NCBI GenBank assembly: GCA_028023455.1
Contig: JAQFVV010000001.1
Coordinates: 26,970,001-27,034,000 of the forward strand
Length of the DNA: 64,000 nt
Origin: Epiperipatus broadwayi
Lineage: Eukaryota > Animalia > Onychophora
Direction of reading: 5' to 3'
Positions 50,751-64,000 of the stretch are shown piece after piece. The notes below the pieces were generated by a model. That model worked only from the letters and a program-made list of their open reading frames with translations, searched no databases and was not told the DNA's origin. The translations under genes were made by a program, and so were the position numbers. Within the stretch, counting starts at the first letter, position 1; each line of letters starts with the position of its first letter.

Positions 50751-53749
50751 AAATAACATAATCTTACAAATCTATGCAGTCATGTTTGCCCATTTTAAAT
50801 TATTAATTCAAAAAAAAATTACAAGAATGGAAATAATAATAAGAGCAAACATATTAAAAGAAAAATAGAACATATAATTTAAATTTCTGCTTAATCAGAT
50901 AAGAGACTTTATGAGTTAAATACTATTTAGATAGAGTATTCAAAAGTTCTTATTTTTTTAGATTATAAAGTTCATTCTTTCCATGGTTGTAGGTTTATTT
51001 GAAGTCTATCTTGGCGGTCCATGATGCATTGCACAATTATGTTCACAATTCCTTCCATCCCATATTGATAATCCTAGGTGGAGATGAATCTATTGCTGAC
51101 CAGTTTCCAGGAATCATCACTCTGGCTGCTTTGCTGCCTCAGCTGATGCAAATATGGGAAATGTAATTTATTGCATGACCCCTATATTTTGGAGATCTGC
51201 AATACACATATAAAATATGTTTCAATCACACACAATCAGCAAGAGCAATCCAAATCTAAATCTCCACTTAAAAGTTTTCTTTTTATATCATTTTGAATTC
51301 TTATCATCAAATTCCAGGATCAATCTTGCCTAGCTTGCCACTGTTCTTATTGGTGATGATGATATTTCTCTATGGACTGTGTGTTAATTTCTATCATTAT
51401 TGGCCAGCTTGCTTTAGAGCAGGAACTCAAAATTTTATCACTAGTATTTTTTAATTTATCTCCTATCTGACTTTATGCCTAAAGACCTGCTTGCTATTAC
51501 TTAAAAAACTCATTTTCATTCTAAAATTAAAAATAAGTTTTAACTTTAATAACAGCTTTTTTTTTATTATTATATTAAAACAATCTTGTTTTTAGATTTT
51601 TAACTTTAAATAATTGTATAATTAGTTTGTCATCTATGCATTACATACATTAATTTAAATAATTTTTTTAGTAAATTCTTTTTATATATATATATTTCTA
51701 TCTGAGAGTGATTTTATTTATATATTTTTTCATTTCTATTTGAAAGTGATGTAAAGGCATATATCTATACCGTTACAATATATTATAACACTATACTATT
51801 TGAGCATTCAAGTTTACAATAGATAGCTCTAGAATAGAGTGAAGGGAACTGTTCTTGGAGAATGTTTGAATCATCAGCTAAAATAAGGTTATTTTATGTT
51901 AAATTCATTCAATGAAAGTGAAAAATAAACTTTTAACAATATAAATGAAATGAATTAAAAATTTTTTATTTAAAAATACTCCACAATGATATAAAAATAT
52001 GATAGAGAAATCATAAGATCAATTGATATTTTAAAAATTTGGGCATATAATGATACACTGTCTTTGTTTGAATGACTTTGTCTTCACTGGGTTGGGCATA
52101 TAAAGCAGACAGGGAGTTATAGACTATGTTATTATGATAAATTTAAATTGTTTTTTATGGGAAAAACAAACATTTTCAAAATATTATTTCAGAGACATTC
52201 TAAAAAGATATATAATGTTAATTATTGTCATTAGAAGATAGGGCTTAGAATAGGAAAAAAAAATAGAGATATAACCAGGTAAGTGTTCAATAATTTAAAA
52301 TATCAGTCTGTTAATAGATTTGAAAAATTATTGTAAAACTTATTTTTAACTTTTTGGAAACTTTTAAACACATTTTATTGGTATTAGGCTGATCATAAAT
52401 TTTTTATAAGTGACTGCTGATAAATGATTGATAAATAGTAATTTCTGAAATTCAGAAATATTTAATATCATTATAGTTCTAACATCTTATTAGATAGATG
52501 GTAATTTTCAATCAATCTAGACTTTATTCAGATATTTGATCTATATCCAATTTAGATAGCCATTCAATTATAGATCAGTAAATGGGTAGGTGAATATTTT
52601 TAAGTAGAGTGATAAAAAATGAATAATAATTTGCATAACCTGCAGTTTATTAATCCAATGAGTAACATCTTTTTCCTCATTATTCTTCTGTAGGGAGATG
52701 CTGAAATGGCCCTTGTGTTTAAATAATTGATCAATTTGAGACCATTTTATTATCTTTACTTTTAATATAATCTTTATTGGTGAAATATATGGTTACATAT
52801 TTTATATTATTTTAAATGTATAAAACATATTACATATGAAAATAATTAATGTACAAATTAACTAAAGGAAAAATAAAAACATAATAAAAACACACACAAT
52901 TACTTCTCTATAAAGCTGATTTAATATTCCAACCAGCAGACTGGTTTTCATCAGAAAGCACAGCAAAATAGCTATTTCCATATGTATACATGTTGTAGCT
53001 TAGGTGACATATAGGTGATTAATAATCTATATTGTATATATATAAATTATTTACTTATTATTAAAAAACAGTTTCAAATGGAATTATATATCAGAAACAA
53101 CACTCCCAAAACATACCTATACCAAGTGCCTATTGATATTCTTGATATATATCCTTTGGTTAATAAACTATTACTGAAAGGGAAGGCAAGAGTAATGAGG
53201 CTTCATATGGGATGATATATATCTGAAGAAGAAAATGCCTTATCTCTGTTTTTGATTTTAGATATCTGTTTTGTAAACAGGGATTGCAATTTCTTGGATG
53301 TAGGGTTAAAACAAAAATCACATCTCAGAATACAAAGGTTGAACATGATGAAAATTGTGATTCTAATGGAGGGAAAGAAACCAGTCTTGATACTATGATG
53401 TTGGTGATTAATGAAATATGTGACTAGTGATTGATTCAATAATATTTCTATAGACAAGAACATCTGGACATTGAAATAAAAGGTGATGAATTGTTTCTTC
53501 TGATTTATGACATAGTGAGCAGATAGGGTAAAGGTTAGCATATGCCTTTCTTTGTGACAAATAATAATTAGTGCATAGAGAATAAATATTAATTTTTAAT
53601 AAAAAATCTAGATATTTTGGTTCTAGATGCCAAAATTTGAATTTTGAAATGATTTGTTTATTATTGAGATTAAGCAGAGACTAAAGTTGAGATTAATTGC
53701 TATTATGAGTCATGTCATAGGCCTCCTGATAAATTATTTTCCTTAAAAT

Positions 53750-54800
53750 AATAATACTGATTCAAAATGAGAAGGAACACATTTTATAAGAGATTGAAAA
53801 AACTTACTCTCATTGGGCACCTCTGATGCCATCATGATGTGCAGGATTATAAATTATGTTAGAATTTCAAATAAAACTGGCCCAATTGCAATGCAATAGA
53901 TATTTCATTTGCCTTTGATTTTGTACCCATTGACTCTCTCATTGAATTGCTACAGTCTCATGACATATTAATTTCTTTATATATTAGCTAACCTATTAAC
54001 AAATAGAGAAATTTCTATTACTCTTAATGGCATAGTGTCCCCAGGCTTTAAGCCTTTTAACTCTCTTTCACAAGGTCACCATTGAGTGCATTATTTTTCA
54101 TCACCTATATCAATCCACTCCTTCTTAAATAGAAGATAAACTACCTGGTATTCCTGTCCCAATGATTAATAAGGCTATCAAGCATATAATTTTTATGGAT
54201 GATTTTGTTATATTCTTCCCATTCAAACAATATCTACAATCATGTATCTCAATTCTTGAAGGATACAATGCTTGTTTTAAATTTCAATTAACATTGATAA
54301 ATCATCCACATGGAATATATTCTCTGGCAAAAGGGTCTTGTCACTCTTTATTGCTCCCCACACAATTGTCTCAGTTTTCCTATTTAAAAAATCAATAAAT
54401 GCTATGAAAATAATAATCCAAAACTCACTGCTCTAATATATTGAAAAAAATCATTAACTCCCTGTCCAAAGCATACCTGTCACTTCATGCAAAAATTTCT
54501 CTAATCAACATCTTAATCTTTCCCAAAATCACATCCTATATGCCAATTATTAGTTTCACTAATGTGTTAAGAGAAAAATAATTTCACTTTGTTCCAAATT
54601 AATGTGGAATAAAAAGGCTGTGGTCATCAGTATTAGAACAGTGAATAGCCATGCCAAAAATAATTGCCTCTTACTTCACTCAATTCCTACCTTTTTCTTT
54701 CAGAGAACATTTAACTCAATATTTAAATTTATATCTATATACCCTGATGCTATAAAATTTGTCCGCATTACCTCTATTGATAAATCTTTTTATTATCTTT
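53750..54800 (+). mobile_element. L1/Tx1-like LINE RT fragment
   Basis: IDISFAFDFVPIDSL; NSLSQGH.LSALFFITYINPLL; GIPVP..KHIIFMDDFVIF (the YMDD motif). Confidence 0.7.
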
Positions 54801-55299
54801 AATATGATGATTAGGGAACTGCACCATCACATGAATATATCGATAAAATTTAGGTTACAAGTTTCATTTTGGAATAGCCATTTACCTTTCATAAAGTTAT
54901 TGGTGCTGATATAGTATGTTGGTGGATTTGAATTTGAAAACAAAAAACACGTGGCATGAGGATAAATTATCACAAAACACTCATAAAACATAAATGCTGA
55001 GGCTATAATTAAAAAAAGGTGTTGGGAAGGGACACATTTAAAAATTGTGGAAACCACACAAAAAAATGAGGTTCAGTGTGACAAGATGTACAGTAAACAA
55101 AATGAATCAGAAAAACCTTATCTAGATATAATTGAAAAATATTAAACAATTTAAATACTTACAGATATATGTGAACAAAAAAAAATGTTTTTTTTTTTTT
55201 TACAGATATATATTTTAACTAACAATTTAAATATAAAAACAATCATTAATCAGCTTCATTTATTAAATAAAAATGTTTGATTATATTAAATTAAAGAAC

Positions 55300-55760
55300 A
55301 GTAATACTTAGTGTCTACATCTTGTTGCCATAGTTGCTGACGTTTTTTTGGATAAAGAAAATATAACCTTTTAAAATATTAAGAGTTTATTTTTAAAAAT
55401 AAATAAATAAATAAAACAAATGTATATATTGTGAAACAATTAGAAAAACATCTGTGAGAGTCATTAACAGTTTTTTCATCAGAATAGAATGTTTCTATTA
55501 TGATAACCTTTAAATCTGTTCTTTTCTATTATTGATTTTTTTTTTTAAATTAACTTATTCCAGACAGTAAAAATACTGCCAACTGGAGACTACTTCATAG
55601 TATGGTGCCATACTTTAAAACATTTATCATAAAATCTGCTTAACATCAATAGTCGGATACCAAAAGAATATATATTTCGAATTGAAAGTATCGTAGTAAT
55701 GGTCACGTGATTCGGTCAATAATTGACATCCAGTCTGAAAATATTTGAAATAATTTTACA
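55300..55760. promoter_or_regulatory. Candidate promoter-like, CpG-retaining unique patch
   Basis: Several CpGs in an otherwise CpG-poor window; GTCACGTGA E-box at about 55703-55711; GTTGCCATAG X-box-like half site at about 55325. Lies upstream of the HECTD2-like exons on the minus strand. Confidence 0.3.
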
Positions 55761-58700
55761 ATTTAAAACAAAAGCTCTCATGCTGTAGAGCATTTTATAA
55801 TTTAATATTGTATATTTACAATACATCAAATAAAAATTTGTTCTTAAATTTTTACTTTAAATAGATATCCTTTCATACCCCCCCCCCCCCAATCTCTGTA
55901 TTTTAATCTAATATTTAATTTTTTTTTCTAATAACAAATTGCAACTATTATGCCAAATTTATTATACAGAAATAAGATATAAAGCCGTATCATTCATTAT
56001 AATACAGATACTTAAAATTTTCATTTTAGCATAATATATAACATTCTGAAAATATGACGAAAAGATTATCATATGTCTAATAAGTATTTATTTCACCTTG
56101 CTGGATATAATGTTATTGAATCTGCTGTTGTAAAAGTAAAATATTACTATAGAATGTCAAGTAGAAATAAGAATATCAGTCTTCTTAAAAAGTATTTAGA
56201 TTTAAACATGTTTTCATGGGAATGGCAAATCATTCTTACATTATACGATCTCAATTACATTTTGAAGAGATGGTGGCTCAGGGTACAATACCCTTCAATT
56301 ATGCAAAAAGTCTAAAAAACCGAATTTGTTGATGTTCAATGACAATGTCACATTCTGTTAATAAATAGGATAAATCTGTAATATATATATGGTTCTATTA
56401 GATGATTACAGATTGCCTAATTCAAATATTCTAAAAACCATTTTAAGTACAATATAATTCATAATTGACATGGTGGCAAAAAAGCTAAATCCTATCAAAT
56501 TTATCTCTAAACTTGAATAGTTTTTGAAGAGTTGTGTAATCATTGTTTTATGAAAATCTAATAGCATTATTTTTTGAATGATAATTACAGTATTATAATT
56601 TCTTTGAATGTTTTTTTAAATTTTAGAATGTTTTTTACTCTCTCAACTCATTAAGACTGGTGTGACTTAATTGTTTAAATATTCAAATTGATGACAAATT
56701 AATTTGATAATATTAAATAGATTCTATCTATTTCAGAACAAGATTGTAGTAATAATAATTAGAGACAAATACATATTTATTATTATTATTTAAAATTTTG
56801 TTATTAAATTCTGTGTCAGTGATTATGGTTTCTAGTGATTCCAGGTAATAAGATTTTATGGAACCGTCTTTCAGAAGTTATCTTGGCATAAAGGAAGAAT
56901 ATTAATATCAATCACTTTTCTTTATTCACTTAACAATGCATAATACACTTATTGGGTTTAATTGCCCAATAATCTTCAGATCTCTAATAAACATAAATTA
57001 TAAATACAAAAATATTTATGTATAAACACATAATTTCTACATGTTATATATATTTCATAATATTAACTCTTCCTTTTAATCAATATACCTATATATACTC
57101 ACTTATATATATCCCTACATAAATATCCTTAATCACTTTAATTATTTTTACATTTATATTATTTTTAATAATTAATTCTTTTTTTTTATCATCTATATAT
57201 ATTTTAATAATTTTATATTCTATTTATCTATTATTTTTTATTTACTTTTAATTCTAATATATTTTTTTATATTTAACCCATATAGTCTAACTTTAAAGTT
57301 ATACAGGATTGTAATACTTCATAAAGGAAGAAATAAGTATCACACTGTTATATTCTACTTTACAGTAATATCCGTCAATGAAAATGTACCTAAGCTCAAA
57401 TTACCTTGTCTTATATCTTGCCAATCTCATTCATCTTCATTTTTAGTCAATAAAAATAATGCTCCTACCCACTGCCATAGCTTAATTATCATTATCACAT
57501 TACTGTAAATAATGTTAATAATATTTTACATTCCAATTAATTTCTCCATCCTTTCCAATTAAAGTGAAAGTTGGAATTATTCACAAAAGAAAAAAACTAT
57601 ATTTTTTAAACAGACTCCTTCTTATTCATTTAAAATCTGATTTTTTTAAAAAAGCTTTAAAATATAAATTTTATTATTAATTAATGAACCAAATAATACG
57701 AACAAATTTATCATTGCTATATTTATGTGTAATTACAAAAGTAATAAAAAAAAGTCCTTATTTAAATAAATAAAAAATTGCTTTGTAAAAATCTTTATTT
57801 TCATTAAATAATTCATTTTTGATAAATAATAATTTATATATGTGCACTTCTATTTGATTATAGGCTTTTTAGTATACCTGATAGCAAAGTTAATAGAAAA
57901 TTTTATGCAAGTATTTACATATATTATAATGGATTTGGGTTTTTATTCTTCTTGTATACATTTCTACATTAGAATGTATGAGGATTTAAACACTGGACTT
58001 AATCCCAGAATTTAAATTCTTGTCCTTATCTTTGAATTAAACATCCTAACTAACTATGATATTCATTATTGTGTAACCAGCTATATTTCCTAATGACCAT
58101 TCCCATAAAATATGTCCAAGTAAAGAGAGAGTCTATCCCTTGTCACTATAGATCCTAATTTATTTATAATGCAACTTCCATACTGCAGATTAGAACAACT
58201 TATCTATAACAAAAAAAAATCTATAGATCAGTTCCAAATCCTCTCCTAGCTTCTTAAATGTTATTTCCTCCATTAACACACTACTATGTTAGAAAAAGTA
58301 TGGCAATGCATTACAGGGTGTATGTGTAAAAAGCGATACTTAATTAGATTTGGAATGAGAGAAAGAAAATGGACAACTAGACTTATAAATAATATGAATA
58401 AAATAATTTAAAAATATATTTACATATCTGCAATATTTACAATTACTATAGTATACTTCTGTATGAATCAAATGCCTAAAATATATAATTAGATGAGAAT
58501 ATATCCATATTAAAAAAAGCATTTAATTGGATTGATTATTCTTTATGAGATCCAATATTCTTACTTAAGATCTAGAACAATCACACAATTGTTACTTTTA
58601 AATTAATACCATAATCATAAAAAAAATAAATGCACAAATAAATATAAATATTCAAGTTATAATCATTGTTAATCATTAATTATTAGATAAGAAATAAATT

Positions 58701-58781
58701 ATAACTTCTGTTTGTTATAACTATCAAACATTAAGTTAAGAAAATTTAAATGTTTGAGAAATGTTAAATATTAATCAAAAA

Positions 58782-59350
58782 CTTTCACACCACTCTCCAC
58801 ACCATCTCAAAACACTGATACACTTGAACACATATATGTTGAAAAGATAAATAATCACCAATATATGTATTTCATGCTAAACCAGCAATCATCAGTTGGT
58901 CCAGATTACCATCTCTACACATATATGCTATAAGTGATCAGATATATATATTAAGATAGCCCAACCTCATGCTTTAATGGTCAGGCTTCAATCTACTCCA
59001 CACGCCAACTCTTCAACCATCCATCCAAATGAAAATCTGATGATTGGATGGATGGTTGAAGAGTGAAGTAGATTGAAGCCTGTCTATTAAAGTATGAGGT
59101 TTGTCTATCTTAATATATATCTGAGCACTTATAGCATATATGTGTAGAGAAATGGTAAGCTGGACCAACTGATGATTGCTGTTTTAGCATGAAATACTTT
59201 ATTAGTAATTATTTATCTTTTCAACACATATGTGTTCAAGTGTATCAGTGTTATGAGATGGTGTGGTGGGTGGTGTGAAAGTCTGTGCTCATTTATTCTA
59301 TATATTACATATATAGATACAGGTATATAATACACCTGTGTGTTTCAGTC
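58782..59350. mobile_element. Family B inverted-repeat insertion with 16-bp TSD
   Basis: AAATATTAATCAAAAA at 58766-58781 and 59351-59366. Arms about 58782-59028 and 59044-59282; the 15-nt spacer ends in CTGATGA. Confidence 0.85.
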
Positions 59351-60324
59351 AAATATTAATCAAAAACAAAATTATGATCAATTTTATAATTTTGTTATTA
59401 GTTTAAAAGCCTGTCATTATAAATCAAATAAATCTTACCATATTATCAGAATTTTAATATCACTACTATTATTACTCATCTAAAACAATTTTTCTTAAAA
59501 ATTGGTTCAAATCTTTTTGAAAAATTTATCTATAGAAAAATCACTATAAGTATTATTCAAGACATCTTTGGTGCACTTTCTTGGATTTTTCTCTAGATAG
59601 AATTATGATAAGGATGAATTATGTGTTAATCATGGACAGGCTGATAAAAACAATGTATAAAAGATAACAGGCACTGCTTGTTCTAGTTCATCAGCTTTTG
59701 GTACAGGAAGAACTAACACACTTTTAAAATTGGCATTGAAAAAAGGCTACCTGATTCCAGGTTTAATAAACTAAAGTACTAATAAAAGTTTTTATCTCAG
59801 CATAGTGAGACTTTTAGCTATTGCACAGTTTTCCATGTTAGCTAGGTTAATAGTTCACAAGTTAGTAGTTTCTTAAAGAACATAAAATACTATTCTCATA
59901 AGTTTAACTTTTTGGAATATTGTTAAAAAGATAGCTCCCTTAAAACTGGAAGAACTTGATATCAAAGAATTTCCAATTTTCTTAGTGGTATCTATCACTT
60001 ATTTATATTTTAACCCTATTCATGATCTGGGTACTTTTATTTTGTCACAAATTAATTAGTTTTAAATTAATTAAATTTTTTTCTTTTATAAAAATAACTT
60101 TTCTTTGTTTTTACAAGAAAACATAAAAAATGCAAAAATATTGTCTTTATCTCCAGTTTCACTGATTAACAATTTTTCCAAATTAAACACATAGAATTAT
60201 TAGGCAAAATTTTAATTACTATTAGATAAGTAAGTAATATATATTAATGCTATAACTTTAAGACTATGTGTCTATATGCAATAGTAGAAACCTCTACAAA
60301 TCTTAACACAAGATTAATACTTTA

Positions 60325-60545
60325 AAAGACAAGAGTGGCCACTCTTATCTTCGACCTACTTTTTAATTATATAGGTGAATCTAAAGCATTTTAATTTGAG
60401 AGTGTGAAGCTATTAACTACTTCACTGATTAAGTCCACAATTTCTATACAAGCTAACATATGCAAAATCTTTTGATTTACAGTGAGTCAGTATAAAGCTC
60501 TTATATTTAGAACTCTTTTAAGACAATTTAAAGTTGTAATTAATA
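60325..60545 (+). mobile_element. Family C, older single-arm copy
   Basis: Aligns by eye to 24940-25150 (cctacttttt..taggtgaa..gaagctatt..cttcactgattaagtccaca..aatttaaagttgtaatta). Confidence 0.7.
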
Positions 60546-63500
60546 ATTTATTAATATGTGTATATTTTACTGATATGAACAGAAAATGAAGGAGAAATAG
60601 AGAGACTTGTAACTTTTACAATTAAAAAAAAATCCAGTCTGTGTACTTTTACTCATTACTCATAACTTGGACCTTTAAAAGGCTTTATAATTGTGTACGA
60701 AATAGAAGAATTCTCTATCCAGTTTTCTTTTAGAACACATTAAGATTAATTTTAATAATAATTACTAAGTGCCTTGGGGATGTTCAATTAGTGTGCTATC
60801 TAACTGCATTGGTCCCATTTAACTTTATACAACAAGAATTAACTCCATTATTTTTTTCTTTTCCCTTTATTTTATATATCTATTTTAGTGTGCGGGTAAA
60901 AAGCTTATAAGTTGACTAATTTATTTTAAATCGAATCTGACTTGCTATAATATATATATATATATACATACTACATAATATAATTTTTTTAAATTTAGAT
61001 ACCAACAAAAATATTTAACAACAAAAAAACACTGCAATAAAATAATCTAATATCATCATATGCTTATCAGAGTGTTTAAGATGAAAAAATGGCTGACTTT
61101 GGAATATGATTCCTGGCAGTGTTCTTGCAGGTTAGAGGATCTGAGAAATGTTCAAATTCACTGTATAATTTTTTATTTAACACTACTTTAAATCATGAGT
61201 AACTAAAAACATAGATAGAGTAGAGTATGATATATAATGATGTTCAAAATATATGTTATTGAATCTATATTTAATATGTATGTTAATAGATGTTTAATTA
61301 AATACTATGAATATTTTAAAAAAAAAATAATGCTTATGTGACAATATGTCTAAGTTGTCTTTATATCCATTTTTGAATGTTTTAAAATTATTTATTGAAA
61401 ATATTCAATCGTTATTAATTGTCTTCAATACAAACAGTATTTCTACAGGATGGCATCAATTATTTAGTTGGTCAGATTATCCAGTACATATTTATTATTG
61501 TAATAATGAGTTGATTTATCTCACTACTATTCATGATTACTGCTTTCATAATCAATTGGTTTAGTTTTAATCTAATTGAGTAATCATTTATTTATAACTT
61601 TTCTTTAATATCTAGCTTTTAAAAAATAGAATATCTACAAAATTCTGATTTTTGTTTTCGAAGATATATATCTACAGATAAATATATTTTTCAGTTCTCC
61701 ATTGAAAACCCATTTGTATTAGTCTCTCAACTATTTCACCCTTTATTTTTAAAAAATATCAATAAATTATACATGTCTTCACCAAAAATTTTAAAATCAG
61801 TTGCTCTCCATAACATTATAACTTTGAAAGCTTCATATTTGGACATAATTCCCATTTCCCCCTTCTTTCCTTTAACTCTTATAATAATTATCTTCAAGTT
61901 CTTTTCATTTTGACTATAAATGTGATGCAAACAGCATATGAAGTATCATTTCCCTTTTTCCAGGAATACTTAATCCACTTATTTTTATTCAATGTGGCTT
62001 CCCTCGTTTAATATCCAGTTTAAAATTTAAAATGTAAGGTGATAATTTATAATTTCATATAATATATTCATCAATTTGAAATCATCCTGTTTTGTTATAG
62101 TCTGATTTTGTGCTTTTATTAAATAACAAAAATTTCAAAAATAGAGTTAAATATTTTATGGTTAAAGTAGTAAAAGTATTTTAAAGATTTTTATTATTTA
62201 ATAGGACTTACCTACATGTTTTCACACTAGTACATAAAACATCACAAAGTCAGAAACAAATAGTATCAATAATATTTTCAGTTGTGGTGTGGGCATTGGT
62301 TAAAAAGATTATAAATATAAACATTCACTTCAGTCAAATTTAACAATCTTGAAACTCAGTCACTCAGATTTTGATGAAAAGAGAGAAATTATGTTAACCA
62401 GAGAATTAATTGCATAACAATCATACATTAACTGCTATGTAATGAAATCTTTGATTAGCCATTCTGAGTCTCCAAGCAAATCACTAAAATAAAATTTTAC
62501 TAAGATTTGAAAATATTATTTGTTTGATAATTTTTGTTGGTCCCACTGCATAACAAGAAATCACCAAACTGAGAAATAATGAAATAGCTGCTTGATTCCT
62601 CTGTCCTTTTAAACATTCACTACACTAAAAACTAAGATTTGAAAACATTTGATAATTTTTGTCAGACCTCTTCCATCCTGTGCTTGTGAATTTGAAGTAC
62701 CTGCCTAAAACATTTTTATTAACTAGAAATCATCAAATATTAAATAATTAATGTATTGAATTTTATTCTAGTTGGAACTTCTCCTAAAACTTTTGTTCAT
62801 TTGATTTTTCTGAGGACATTTCCTGATCCTTATTTATTATTTACAAATAGATATTTTAATACATTTTTAAAATGAAATATTCTATAGAATGATTGGTTAA
62901 ATGATTCTAATGAAATACTTTAATGATAGTATGGATTATAATTAAACTAGTGTTTAGAATATCTTTAGTATAATGAAATAATTAATTGACATGCAGAAAA
63001 AAAAGAATGCAATAAGCAACAGGCTAATTTGCATGTACATGTTAATAATAGTCTTAGTTTATAAAAATTAACAAAGCTGGTAAAAAAGTTTGCAAAAGAA
63101 GAATTAAAAAGGGGAAAAAATAAATAGTACAAAAATAAACAGTGCAAACGAAGTGCAGCTAATAATGTGCTAAGTACTAAGTTTAAGTTATGTTCTGAGG
63201 TCAGTTCTGTTGTTGTGCAAATTAGCAAAGAAAAGCTCTAGTCAAAAATCTAATTCGACTATCTCAAAAATATGTGTGTGAGCAATAGTGTGCTTACAAA
63301 ATTATAGAGTTACAGTCATTTGTATATATTAAATCTCTATAAAGATATGAAGTGTAAAGTGATTTAAGTCATCCTATTTTCAAACAGAAAATAGCCAGCT
63401 AAATTACTAATATTTTACTAATAGTATTATCATTATTCAGAGTAAAAAAACTCTTGAATTTATTATTACACTTTGTTGTTGTTTCCTTTATTTAACATCA

Positions 63501-63693
63501 AAATGTATCCAGCTTCCAATTGATTGATTAGCCTTATATATATCATCATCATCATCATCACCAAACATTATCAATCCACTGCAGGATGAAGATCTCTCCA
63601 AGTTCAATCCATTTTTTTCCAATCCTTAGCCTCTCTTCTCCACATCACCCCTGCACACTTTCTTATTTGATCCATCCATCTAACATGTGGCCT

Positions 63694-63696
<3 letters not shown>

Positions 63697-63760
<64 letters not shown>
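63697..63760. repeat. (TA)32 microsatellite
   Basis: Perfect dinucleotide run; it produces the YIYIYI tail of track ORF 63586-63777. Confidence 0.98.
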
Positions 63761-63764
<4 letters not shown>

Positions 63765-64000
63765 GGCCTGTCTATAGGCAGTATGATCCTAAGCAGAGGT
63801 GCCAAGCCCCTACATTAGGCCCTACTTGGACCCTGGCTAGGTACTATTAACAGACTTACTATTTTTCAACCATTTTCTTTAACTGTAATAATTGAATTTA
63901 GGTAAGGCTAGTATTTATCCCAATTTACTTTACATGATTAAATATTTCTACAATAAGACGTATTTTAAATATAATCAATGTGAGACTCGTTTACCTATAA

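Noticed and set aside
50994-51196. GC-richer island as a coding exon on either strand
   Set aside because: All three minus frames after the ttgcag acceptor hit stops; the plus frame (57 codons) has no recognisable motif or partner exon.
63586-63777. Track ORF ending in YIYIYI
   Set aside because: Translation of the (TA)n microsatellite.

Overview
AT-rich, CpG-poor eukaryotic (probably invertebrate metazoan) genomic DNA. There are no prokaryotic features and most track ORFs are spurious. The host gene lies on the minus strand: five exons (37666-37949, 11623-11725, 9658-9747, 9419-9480, 5735-5780) splice phase-compatibly into a 195-codon open frame resembling the N-terminal region of the HECT E3 ligase HECTD2. 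One intron is about 25.9 kb; the first coding exon and the downstream exons were not found in the window. The rest is intron or upstream sequence packed with decayed mobile DNA: a Buster-type hAT transposon, a near full-length RTE LINE plus LINE fragments, a Gypsy retrotransposon, a solo LTR with a 5-bp TSD, three copies of a short tRNA-Gly-derived SINE, and mini/microsatellites. The most unusual signal is a set of short non-autonomous families inserted as long inverted repeats inside 13-16 bp TSDs, several carrying hammerhead-ribozyme core motifs (Penelope-like or retrozyme architecture). One of them joins a tRNA-like Pol III head to a hammerhead. All family and gene assignments come from remembered motifs and manual translation, not database searches.
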